NCBI GenBank assembly: GCA_004431415.1
Contig: QPMI01000477.1
Coordinates: forward strand, 647,618 to 711,617
Direction: 5' to 3'
Origin: Cyanophora paradoxa CCMP329
Taxonomy: Eukaryota; Plantae; Glaucophyta
Length of the DNA: 64,000 bases
Every line of letters starts with the position of its first letter. Position 1 is the stretch's first letter. The position numbers and the translations under genes were made by a program. The notes beneath the pieces were generated by a model. The model made no database searches, was not told the origin of the DNA, and saw only the letters and a list, made by a program, of their open reading frames with translations. Shown here in pieces: positions 48,508 to 58,610 of the stretch.

Positions 48508-51500
48508 ATGACCCTGCCCACAGAGGAGGAGCTGGAGGCCGAGCGCGAGATGGAGATGGAGGCCGCGCTGGCGGCGGCGGCGGACGCGAAGGCCTCGCGC
48601 GAGCTGGAGGTGGCGGAGGAGTACGCGATGGAGCTGGAGCGCGAGCGCGAGCGCGAGGGCGAGCCCGATGCGGAGCTGGCGGCGACGGTGGAGGCGGGGG
48701 CGGGGACACCTTCGAGCCCGAGCCCCCGTCGACGAGTTCTACCCCTCCCGCCCTCCCCTCCCTCGACGGCGCCCCGCCGCCGCCCATCGAGGAGTTCTCG
48801 GACGACGAGCCCGGCGACGCCGGCCCAGGCCGCCCCTCGTCTCCCCCGCCGCCCGCCCGCCCCCGTGCCCCCGCCAGCCCCGCCGCCTCCGACGTCTCCT
48901 GGCGCCCGAGCGGCAACCCCTCGGCCTTCAGTCCTTCCGCCCCTCGCAGCCCTCGCAGCGCCCGCCGCCCTCCGTCCAGGGTACCCCCTCGCCCGCCCAT
49001 CCCTCGCCGCCGCGGGGCACGCCCGTCGCCACGCCCGCCTCCTCCCTCGGCCACATGCCCCTCCGCCCCTCCGGCCCCCGCGCCGGCCGCCTCTCCCGCC
49101 GGCCCAGCAGCGGCGCGAGCGCGAGCGGCAGCTGCTGCGCGATCAGCGGGCGGAGGCGGAGGCGGACCACGACGACGGCCAGGCGTCGGAGAGCGACGGC
49201 GAGCCGCCGCGCGCCACCAGGCTGGAGCTGGCGCGGGCGGAGCTGGCGGTGCAGCCGCGCGAGGCGCCCGAGATCGACATGTCCAAGTACGACGACGTGA
49301 CAACGTACAGCAAGGACAACAAGTCCAAGAAGGAGGCGGCCATTCAGGATGCGCTCCGCCTCTTCGTCAAGAACAACGTGCGCCCCGCCCCCTTAGCTGC
49401 GCGCCCCGCCCCCTTAGAGGCCGGAGGCGGCCGTGGCCCAGCTGCTTAAGGCGCTGGGCCCGAGCCGCCTTCGGCCGGTGCGCCCCCTCCCGCGTTCGAA
49501 CCCCGCTAACCCCTTTTGCCGGCGCAGCGGATCGTGCGCCAGAGACCCTACGGCCCGAACTCCCCGCCCACCTTCTACGTCGAGCTCCCGAACCTCTTCG
49601 TGTACGACAAGGTCAGCGCGAACAGGCACGCCGGGCGCGGGACGATGAAGGAGGTCATCCAGCTGCTGGCGATGACCTTCCACAAGACCTACGAGTCCAA
49701 CCCCGGCTCCTTCGAGTTCACCTTCTCGAAGGAGGTGCTCTCGGGGCGGACGCGCACGTTCGTGGAGGAGTCCCTCCAGCTCGAGGACGTCTGCCCCGAG
49801 ATGCCCGTCATCCCCGGCTTCGCCTTCGCCTGCGACACGCGTGCGCCGCCCGTACCCCTGCGCCCCGCCCCGTACCCCGCCGACGCCCCTTGCGCAGATT
49901 TCGTGGTGCGGGCGCCGCAGGACAGCACGGGCAGCGCCTGCGTCCTCGTCATGACGCACGAGGAGGCACGGGAGCGGTACGCGGGCTACATGAACACCTG
50001 CTACATCCAGGGGCGCCTGCCCGCGGGCATCGAGGAGGCGACCGAGACCTGCGACTGGCCCACCGTGTACGGCATGCTGCACCCCTTCATGCCCAACGTC
50101 GTCAAGCACCTGGCGGACAACGGCTACGTGACGGCCGACGAGTTCGGCTACGCGGCGGCCGTCCTCTACGCCTTCAACCTCGTCGGGCCGTGGAACTTCT
50201 GCGACAAGCCCGTCTTCGACCGGGAGCCGCGCGCGGAGATCGAGCCGCCGTCCGAGGGCGCCATGCTGCAGTACTGCGGCATCATCAAGGGCCAGTCGGG
50301 CACAGGCAAGTCGATGGTGACGCAGATCATGACGGAGTGCCTGCCGCCGGGCCGCGTCTGCGTCTACCGCCCCTCCAAGGGCTCGGCCTTCTCGGAGCAC
50401 GGCGGCGAGGAGGCGATCTGCATGGTGATGGCGGAGGGCCTCGACCCTAAGGCCTGCTCGGAGGAGGAGCTCAAGATGCGCTCCGGCGACGCCTACTCCC
50501 GCAACTTCAAGAACGTCCGCGGCGACGATGTGCGCACCAAGGCGACGCGCAAGGTGCTTGTCATCGTCTGCAACAGCTTCCCGCAGGTGCGCCCGTTCCC
50601 CTGCCCCCTTCCCTTCCCCGGCGCCCTTTCTCACTTGCCCCGGCGCAGCTCGAGAACCGCATGCTCGAGTTCTTCGCCCGCGTCGTCCTGATCCCCTCGA
50701 CCACAAGCCGGCCAAGAAGCGCACCTACCTCCACTCCGACATCCGCGAGAACGAGCTGCCGGCGCTCATGGTCGCGGCCTTCACCTTCGCGTGGAAGATC
50801 ATCCACGCGCTCTCCGACGGCAAGGCCTCCTGCATCCAGGCCTTCGAGCCGGCGTGGCTGCGGGCGCAGCGCCTCGGCTTCTGGCAGGAGACGGCCTCCT
50901 GTCCCCTCACCCGCTTCATCATCGCCCACTGCGCCGTCGACCCCACCACCTACGTCGCCGCCCCGAACACGGAGGGCTACATGACGAGCGTCGCGGGCAT
51001 CGTCGAGTACATCGCGCGCACGGAGGGCCCCGACACCTCCGCCGCCGTCGGCGCCGACATCGAGAACGGCCGGCTGGACGAGACCCTCGCCGGCTTCGGC
51101 TCCTGGTGCCGCCCCTACTCCTACAAGCTCGGCGGCGTCTGGCAGACCTACATCCGCGGCATCGTCCCCAAGGCCCCGCTCTCCCTCGGCGAGAGCCAGC
51201 CGGCGCTGGAGGCGATCGCGATCCCCGTCGCCCAGTTCAAGGACCCGGCGCCCGACGTCGGGCCCTTCCTCGTCAAGCCCCACACCAAGGGCAAGGGCAA
51301 GCGCACCCGCAACTCGGCGCCGGCCTTCCTCCCGCCCCAGCCCCCGCCACGGCCCCCAGCAGCGCCCCGGCCAGCAGCGCATCGACGAGATGCTGCCGCG
51401 CCAGGTCCGGCCCCGCGTACCCCCGCCTTCCCTCCCGTACCCCCCTCCCCCGCCCCCCTCCTGATCCAAGGGCAGGGTACCCCGACGAACGGCGGCGCGG

Positions 51501-51965
51501 GCCCGAGCGGCTACGGGAGCTCGGCCTCCTCCGCGAGCGCCGACGGCCCAGCCCCTCCCCGGCCCCGGCGCCGTCCTCACCGCGATCCAGGGCTTCGGGG
51601 CCCAGCAGGAGGCCGAGCGGCGGGCGCTGGCGGCGCGCCAGGCGCGCGAGGCGGAGGAGCGGCGCCAGGCCCTCTGGGCCCAGCGCCTGCAGGCCACCAT
51701 CGCCTTCCGCGCCGAGCTGGACTCCGGCTTCCGCGCCGGCCAGATCGCCGGGGCGGAGGCCTCGGAGCGCTGGCGGGCGTTCGAGGCGGAGTCGGCGGGG
51801 CTGGCGAAGGGCCTCGGCTACAGCTACCGGCGCGTGCCCGTGCTCAAGGACTACGCGTCGGCCGCGGCGCGGGAGGCCTCGCGGGCGGAGATCGACGCGG
51901 CGGAGGAGCAGGCGGCGCGCGAGGAGGCCGAGGACAACGCGCGCTTCCGGCACCTGCACCACTGA
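48508..51965 (+). CDS. D5-like superfamily 3 helicase (5 introns)
   Basis: Walker A IIKGQSGTGKSM, Walker B MVMAEG, motif C VIVCNSFP, arginine-finger region ARVVLIP, C-terminal YIRGI. Introns at ~49378-49417, 49478-49527, 49841-49897, 50587-50648 and 51405-51475. Confidence 0.85.
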
Positions 51966-52014
51966 GGCCCCGAGGCGGTATTTTTTCTCAACCCTCCCTC
52001 AATTCGGTCCCGCG

Positions 52015-52201
52015 ATGGCCTTCGAAGCTTATCCTGCCCACTACTCGCTAGGAGCGCTGGCCGCGACCCTCACCTGGCTCCTCGGCGGCACCCCACGGCC
52101 TCGGCGGTCATAGGCGTGGGCTTCGGCTACGCCGCCAAGTCCCTCTACGCCCCGGCGGCGCCTCGCAGGCGGCGGCCGGCATGCGCCCCGCCGGGCGCTA
52201 A
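52015..52201 (+). CDS. Small hydrophobic (membrane) viral protein, frameshifted
   Basis: MAFEAYPAHYSLGALAATLTWLLGG / SAVIGVGFGYAAK; upstream TATTTTTTCT motif. Confidence 0.4.
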
Positions 52202-52295
52202 CTTTTCAAAGTTCATTCTCCCCTCCCCTTTTCCGAGTTCCGAGTCCGTTGGCGTTCCCTTTTAAATTTTCTTCATTCTCGTTACACGTTCGAAG

Positions 52296-52772
52296 ATGTC
52301 GAGCGCGGTAGAGAAGCTGCTGTGCACCGTGTTCAAATCGGATTCGCGATGCAGCAAGATCGGCGAGGCGGCGAGGGCTAAGGGCGGGGCGGCGGCGGAG
52401 GGCCCAGGGTGAAGGCGGCGGATCCCGCGCCGCCGTCGCTGAAAACGATCAAGGGGCGGGCAAGGGCAGGAGCGTGGGGGCGCTGCCCCTCGTGGCGATC
52501 GCGCCGGGGCAGAGGGAGGCGGCGCACGCGGCGACGGCGGCGCTGGCCGCGCGGCGGCAGGCGGAGGCCTACCCGTGCCTGGGCCGGGGCTGCACCCGCC
52601 GGCCGGCCGCCCCTACGCCGTGAGCGCCTACTTCGACGAGGCCAACCGGCTGAGCTGCCAGGAGCTGTGCGACAACCGCATGCGGCGCGCCGTGGACGGG
52701 CACCTGCCGCTGCTGGTGGCGCTGGGCGGCTCGCTCCTGATGGTCTGGTACCTGCGCGGCCTGGTCATTTAG
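52296..52772 (+). CDS. Small viral protein with C-terminal TM helix, frameshifted
   Basis: MSSAVEKLLCTVFKSDSRC... ending LPLLVALGGSLLMVWYLRGLVI*; upstream TAAATTTTCT. Confidence 0.45.
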
Positions 52773-52798
52773 ATAGTTTTTCGAAGTCTAGGTCAAAG

Positions 52799-53199
52799 AT
52801 GGGCTGGGTGGACGCCGTGCTGACCAAGGTCTTCGGACCGAAGAGCGCGCAGCCGCCGCCGAGCTTCAACCTGGCCGCGGCGATCAGCACGACGATCGAG
52901 CGCAAGAACAACGAGCTCATCCTAAAGAACGACGGCAAGCTTCCCTGGGCCGACGTGGCCGCGGGCGCACTCGGCAGCACGCTGACGGGAATCGATCGGA
53001 CGGGCGCCGCGGGCGTGAAGGTCGGGCAGGCGGTTGCGGCCGTGCCGGAGCTTGCGATGAAGGGCTGGCACTACGCCAAGATCGCCGCCGGCGTCGCCGC
53101 GTGCTCCTTGCGATCTGGCTCGCGTGGCAGCTGCGCGGCGCCTACCAGGGCGCGCGCCTGCAGAGCGCCCAGCTCGACTATTTTCTAAAGGCTAGGTAA
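52799..53199 (+). CDS. Putative myristoylated virion membrane protein
   Basis: MGWVDAVLTKVFG start and a C-terminal hydrophobic segment (IAAGVAA/VLAIWLAWQL after a one-base shift). Confidence 0.45.
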
Positions 53200-53211
53200 A
53201 GCGAGCGAACC

Positions 53212-53585
53212 ATGCGCGGCGGCTCTTCCCCCCGTGTTTCCTTCGCTGAGAACCCGGTGGCGAACGCAGTCGCCCCTACCCCCCTGGAGCCCGGAGTGAA
53301 GCTGGAGCGTGCGAACGCAGTCTCCGTCAAGAAGGCCAAGCGCACGCTGGCGCTGGAGTCCCGGTCGCGGAGGATACGGAGAAGGTTGCATTCAACAAGC
53401 GCAAGACGTACAAGGCGATACGCGAGGGACAGCTGCTGCCCACGGACTCGGTTCCCGGGCTGCCGGGCACCACGGCCGGCGAGCTCCTAGTGCGCAACCT
53501 GCGCCTGCAGTACGTCTCCCGCCTCCGCCGCTCCAAGGCCAAGAAGGCGCGCCTGGACTCGGGCGATAGCAGCTCTAGCTCGTAG
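53212..53585 (+). CDS. Small basic viral protein, frameshifted
   Basis: MRGGSSPRVSFAENP... continuing in another frame to ...RLRRSKAKKARLDSGDSSSSS*; upstream TATTTTCT. Confidence 0.45.
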
Positions 53586-53612
53586 GGCTCTGTACTGTTG
53601 TATTCAATGCCT

Positions 53613-53897
53613 TTACCAGTTCCTGTTCCTATCCCAGAGCACGACTCGGGTGAAGGGCACGGTCATAGCGAACATGAACTCGGCGAACTTTGCAAAGTTC
53701 ATCAGGGTTCCCAGGCGGGGATCCTCCCAGTAGATCGCCTCGCGCAGCGCCTCGTAGACGCGCATGAGGGAGCGCTCGTTCTCCGTCGCGAAGGCGTCGC
53801 CGGGCTCGTCGGGGTCGGGATCCGTGAGCTCGGAGTACTCGTCCGAGCTGCCCGCGCTCTCGGCACCTGCGGCGGGGTCGGGCGAGGGGTCGGGCAT
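53613..53897 (-). CDS. Small acidic viral protein
   Basis: 94-aa ORF with an acidic N-terminus and an amphipathic C-terminus; upstream GATTTTCT. Confidence 0.55.
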   Translation of the reverse strand: MPDPSPDPAAGAESAGSSDEYSELTDPDPDEPGDAFATENERSLMRVYEALREAIYWEDPRLGTLMNFAKFAEFMFAMTVPFTRVVLWDRNRNW

Positions 53898-53934
53898 TCT
53901 TCTGTAAGTAGAAGGGCCAGAAAATCACTAGCAA

Positions 53935-54275
53935 TCACGGGCGCCGGAACTCCATCGAGTCGCCGCGCCAGTACTTGTTGCCGGAGGCGAGCAGCTTCAT
54001 CGGCTCGCCCGTCGAATCGTGCTTCCAGGCCTCGCCGTCCCAGAGGGCCGTGCCGCCGTCCTCTAGCTTGAGGCGGTGGCCCGGCTCGAGCCGGTTGCCG
54101 TCGAGCATGCGGCCGGCCATGAGCGCCAGGTCCCACTCGGTGAGGTTGCGCTGCTCTGCGGGGTGAGGCCGCGCTCGACGCGCTCGGGCTGGCGCGCCTC
54201 GCGCTCCATGCGGCTGAGGCCTACCAGGAAGAAGATGGGCAACGCAAAGGCCATGAGATCTAGCAGGGCCTCCAT
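53935..54275 (-). CDS. Viral protein with N-terminal TM anchor, frameshifted
   Basis: MEALLDLMAFALPIFFLVGL joined by a one-base shift to EQRNLTEWDLALMAG...WRGDSMEFRRP*. Confidence 0.5.
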
Positions 54276-54285
54276 TGGGCAAGAC

Positions 54286-54573
54286 TTAGAAAAGGTTCCG
54301 GACCAGGCCCGAGAGCTGCGGGCCCAGGCGCCGGGCGGCGTAGTAGAGCGCGGCCGCCGCCGCCGCAAGGATCAGAAGGCGCGGCGGGCCGCGCGCCGGC
54401 TCCTCCAGGGTCAGGTCCACGGTCTCCGGCCCGCGCGCCGGAGCCGCCAGGATCTCGGGCTCGGAGCAGAGGGACTTGGGCCCGCGGCGGCGGCGCTGCT
54501 TGGGCGCCGAGGCGGCGGCGGTGAGAAGGTCCTCAGGCTCCTGCTTGATACCTGCGCAATCGGTGAAGTCCAT
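54286..54573 (-). CDS. Small viral protein with C-terminal hydrophobic anchor
   Basis: MDFTDCAGIKQEPEDL...KQRRRR...TVDLT...LLILAAAAAALYYAARR; upstream CAATTTTCC. Confidence 0.55.
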   Translation of the reverse strand: MDFTDCAGIKQEPEDLLTAAASAPKQRRRRGPKSLCSEPEILAAPARGPETVDLTLEEPARGPPRLLILAAAAAALYYAARRLGPQLSGLVRNLF

Positions 54574-54641
54574 GCTTGCTGGGTACCTTGGAAAATTGTG
54601 GGAGGCGTCCGGAGTGTGCGAACGTAGCTCCAATGGGATTT

Positions 54642-55305
54642 GCGTCATTTACGTCCGCGTCATTTACGTCACGGAGTTTGCCGGCGACTCGGGACTCGGG
54701 CCCAACTTCTCCCGGTAAGTTCGAGACTTGAACTCGGCGGGGGTACCCCCGGTGTCCTAGTGTCCTAGTGTCCTAGTGCTACTAGCTAGGTGGTATCGAT
54801 ATCTAGCTAGCTAGCGCTAGCGCTTGCTTAATTAATTAACCTGAAGGGTCGCGTCATTTACGTCAGCGTCATTTACGTCACGGAGTTTGCCGGCGACTCG
54901 GGACTCGGGCCCAACTTCTCCCGGTAAGTTCGTCACGACCAGTAGCTACTAGTACCGCTAGTACTACGTAGTACTACTTAGTACTACTTGGTACTACTTA
55001 GTACTACTAGCTTAGTACTAGTAGCCACCGATACTGGTACAGCTTTTATAGATTTAAGCATTCATTCAATGTGAATAACGATAATAGTAATAATAATAAC
55101 GATAAGTAATAGGGATACCCTATTTTTCCAAGTCTCGAACTTACCGGGAGAAGTTGGGCCCGAGTCCCGAGTCGCCGGCAAACTCCGTGACGTAAATGAC
55201 GCTGACGTAAATGACGCGACCCTTCGGTAACCTCCGCAACCCTTCAGGTAAATGTCAGGTAACTTCAGTTGAGTTAATTAAGCAAGCGCTAGCTAGCTAG
55301 ATATC
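54642..55305. repeat. Candidate replication origin: ~90-bp unit in two direct copies and one inverted copy around an AT-rich core
   Basis: Copies at 54642-54730 and 54843-54932, inverted copy at 55129-55225. An outer IR spans 54798-54835 / 55274-55305. TAGTACTAC arrays at 54959-55020; AT-rich tract at 55044-55127. Confidence 0.85.
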
Positions 55306-55951
55306 ACAGCTCTACCTTGCCCAAGTTGATGGTATCTAGCAGGGCCTGCTCCTCCAAGTCTGCACCGCCGCCGCCGCCCAGCGCTAGCGCTAGCTCGATA
55401 CCGCCTCCGGCCTTGATCTCCCTTGGCTCCAGCCACCTGAGGGGCTCAGGCCACCTCCTCCTGGTGAAGCCGGTATCGTTGCTCTTGTCCAGCTTGAGGT
55501 AGCGGTAGGGCGCCGGCGCCGGCCAGTCCGGCCTGTGGCCGCTTGCCTCCTTGGCTATGTCCTTGGGCCTACGCGGTCGCAGGTCCGCCTTGGCCTTCGC
55601 CCTCTGCAAGGGCCCAGCGCCTTGAACTTCGGTGCCTTGGTCGCCGGCAGGGCCTTCGGCTGGGGCTTCACCGCCTTCGGCTGCTGAGGCCTTAGCTGCT
55701 TCGATTTCGGCATACTTCTTGCTCATAAATGAGAAAAGCGCCTCGAAGTCGGCCTTTATCTCCTCCTTGGTCCAGGATGTCACCTGATCCGGGTCACCTG
55801 AGAACGGCGCATCGAACGCCACGTGGAGCGATTTGCAGGCCTGAGCTATCATTGGCTCGGGCCAGGCCAGCTCGATCAGCTGAAGGTAGATGTTCAGGGC
55901 CTTGTCGAGCTTGGCGCCCTGAGAGACTAGCTGGGAGATAGCGGGCTCCAT
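55304..55951 (-). CDS. Hypothetical protein between iteron clusters
   Basis: 215-aa uninterrupted ORF; upstream CATTTTCT motif. Confidence 0.6.
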   Translation of the reverse strand: MEPAISQLVSQGAKLDKALNIYLQLIELAWPEPMIAQACKSLHVAFDAPFSGDPDQVTSWTKEEIKADFEALFSFMSKKYAEIEAAKASAAEGGEAPAEGPAGDQGTEVQGAGPLQRAKAKADLRPRRPKDIAKEASGHRPDWPAPAPYRYLKLDKSNDTGFTRRRWPEPLRWLEPREIKAGGGIELALALGGGGGADLEEQALLDTINLGKVEL

Positions 55952-56035
55952 GGTACAGCAGAGCTTTAGAAAATGGCGCCAAGTCCAAGTCCTTTTTTAC
56001 GGGCGAGGCCTGGGCCGGGGCCAGGGCCGAGTCCC

Positions 56036-56087
56036 AACTCCGTGACGTAAATGACGCTGACGTAAATGACGCGGACGTAAATGACGC
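56036..56087. promoter_or_regulatory. Triple GACGTAAATGACG iteron / CRE-like cluster
   Basis: aactccgtgacgtaaatgacgctgacgtaaatgacgcggacgtaaatgacgc matches the core of the 54.6-55.2 kb repeat. Confidence 0.7.
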
Positions 56088-56596
56088 CGAATTTTCAAGT
56101 TGCCCTCACCTGAAACTCAGCTGAGCGCTCACCTGACCCTCACCTGAACGGCCTCAAAACCGCAGCCCCGCCGCGCCCTCTCCTCACACTTCAAAGCCAA
56201 GAGAAATCAAGAATGTGCATCCCCACGTACTTCACCTGCTGTCTCACCTTCGGCATCTTCGCATACGTCATATACGACGATGAGTTCGACCGAAACACGT
56301 TCTACTTCTGCAAGCTCCTTCGCGACATTTCGTCGGAGCACCGCAAGGGCGATGAGTATGATTGGATTCAACTGCTCCCCTCAAGAACGAGATCGTACTG
56401 TGGAGAGAGAAGTGCATTGTAGGCAGGTTCAAGATTAGCTCGATTCGTGTAGCCGTCGTAGAGGATCTGATGGTGAATTGAACACGTGTTTTACCTGAAT
56501 CACCTGAGCGCTCACCCGAGGTCAGCTGAAGTCGGGTGGGGCGCCCTTAAATATTTTCTAGCGCTAGGCTGAAGCACACTCTAAGCTAACGCAAAC

Positions 56597-57377
56597 ATGG
56601 CCACCGTCCGCAACGCCAACGAGATCGACCCCGCCAAGCTCGCCTTCGAGATCGACGCCACCGGCCGCATCAAGGCCAAGTACGACGGCCTGCAGGGCCT
56701 CATGATGTACGCGCCGCCCATGGTCACGATCAACCCGTGCATCAACACAGAGCAAGGCAAGGCGTGGAGCGACGAGAAGAAGGCCTTCGTCATGGAAGAA
56801 AACGGCGGATTTTACACGCTGGACCTCACCGATCTCAGCGCCGTCGACGGCCAGACGAACCCAGCCGCGGACGAGTTCCTCAAGCTGCTGGAGGCCCTGG
56901 ACGCGAAATTCTGCGAGTTCGTGCAGCAGAACCAGGCCAAGCTCAAGGTCTCGCCCGGCCGCTCCCTCTCCAAGGATCAGATCTCGGTGCTGCAGACCCC
57001 CAGCGTGCGCATCAAGGTCGACAAGGAGTCGGGCCAGGCCTTCTACAAGTACCTCAACATGCGCATCCGCACCCAGACGATGGCGGGCAAGCGCAAGACC
57101 GTGCCCGTCGTCGACATGTCCAACTACCTCATCACCGAGCGCGCCACCATCGGCACCGGAGACCTGGTGGCGGCGCTCATTAAAATCGACACCGCCTACG
57201 CCATCCCGAGGGCAAGTTCGGCCTCAAGTGGTCCTTCCTCGCCGTGCAGCAGTGCAAGGTCGGCGCCTTTCGCTTCGCCGGGCGCGCCCCGAGCTGGCCT
57301 TCAAGCCCTACGACAACGAGGCCGATTTCGAGCCCTACCTAAACCCCGAGTCTATGTACGCAGCCCCCATGCAGTAG
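56597..57377 (+). CDS. OB-fold single-stranded DNA-binding protein (NCLDV/T7 gp2.5-like)
   Basis: FLKLLEALDAKF helix and IGTGDLVAALIKID, then after a 1-nt shift near 57207 GKFGLKWSFLAVQ; acidic aromatic tail YDNEADFEPY after a second shift. Confidence 0.75.
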
Positions 57378-57430
57378 CTCGGACGAATAAATTGTGAATT
57401 TTTGGTGCAATTGATTACACGCGTTTACAC

Positions 57431-58233
57431 TCAAAGGCCGTTGAACTTGCCGCCCACCGCCCTGGGCTCCGCCGCCGTCGAGGCCGCCGCCTCCGTCACC
57501 TCCTTCATTACCTCCGGGTTCGCGTTCGCCGCGTGCACCGCCAGCACCGTCTGCACCAGGGCCATCCCCAGGCGCGCCTCGGGCCCCAGGGTCACGTAGC
57601 GCGAGTACTTGATCACCAGCTCCTCTAAGATCGGCTGCACCTGGTCCATCGAAGAGAGCGTCGCCTGCCCGAGCCCGTCGAGCTTCAGGCCGATCGGATC
57701 GTACGCCTTGTTCAGGTGCTCCAGCGAGTGCATGCCCGCGATCAGAAAGAGGCGCGCCGCCTCCAGCGAACCCCGCGTGCTCAGCTCGCGCTGAATCTCC
57801 TCGTACTCTTCCTTCAGCTCGTCCAGCGGCGTGGCCAGGCTCAGCTTCTTCGTGGACGTAAGCTCGCCCCCGAACGAGCGCCGGTACTGCGCGATCTGTC
57901 GCAGGACCTGCTTCTTCTCGTCCACGTCCACCTGCGCCTCGTCCCGCGGCCGCTCCTGCAGGTCGATTCCCAGCGCCTTTTTCACGCTCTGCTCCTTCTT
58001 CTTCGTCATTTCGATGTGCTCCTGCACGCTGAAGCCCGCGCCCTTGCTCGGCGCCGTCGGCGGCACCGCGGGCCCGTCGCCCGGCAGCGCCATCCTGTCG
58101 GCCTTCGGCGCCTTCTCCCCTTTTCCTTGCCCTCCTTCGCGGGGCGGCCCTTCTTCCGGGGCTGCGGGATTCCCACGGGGTTCGGCCCGTCCACGGCCAG
58201 CGCCTCGAAGCCAAGCATCGCCGAGGGGTCCAT
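57431..58233 (-). CDS. NCLDV-type membrane/envelope protein (DUF5767-like)
   Basis: PLDELKEEYEEI...LEHLNKAYDPIGLKLDGL...ILEELVIKY...GPEARL resembles the conserved LNxxxDPxxxKLDG / ELxxKY / PExKL pattern of phycodna-/mimivirus proteins (recalled from memory). The N-terminus joins via a frameshift near 58120. Confidence 0.7.
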
Positions 58234-58262
58234 CCTTTACGCCTGCCCCTTAGAAATATTTT

Positions 58263-58591
58263 TCACTCCGAGGTCAGCTCGACGAAGAGCTCGATGTAAA
58301 GCCAGAGCTTCTCGCGCAGCTCGGGCCCGCTGCCGTAGAAGAGCGAGCGCACGGCCGAGGCGTACTCCTGCGGCAGCCTCTCGAAAACCGAGTCGTCCTT
58401 CGCCTTGATCAATTCCGCCTCCGCGTTGATGTGCCTCCTGAACAGAACGATGACCGCCGTGGCCCGATGCCGCGCAGCGACTGGATCTGCGCCCGCACCC
58501 CCGGCTCCTTGGCCTCCGGCTCCAGCAGGTCGAGGAAGCGGCCCCAGCGCGCCTCGATTTGCTCGCCCAGCGTCGCCTCCGTCGCAGCCAT
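58263..58591 (-). CDS. Small helical NCLDV-like protein, frameshifted
   Basis: MAATEATLGEQIEARWGRFLDLL... / LIKAKDDSVF...REKLWLYIELFVELTSE*. Confidence 0.55.
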
Positions 58592-58610
58592 GCTACGCGT
58601 GCTTCAGAAA

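Noticed and set aside
54752-54830. Telomeric repeats (GTGTCCTA, CTAG runs)
   Set aside because: There are only about three copies and they do not match a known telomere unit; treated as part of the origin-like region.
56213-56422. 69-aa ORF with a hydrophobic N-terminus
   Set aside because: It is short, has no recognisable motif and lacks the upstream motif at the usual distance; it cannot be supported.
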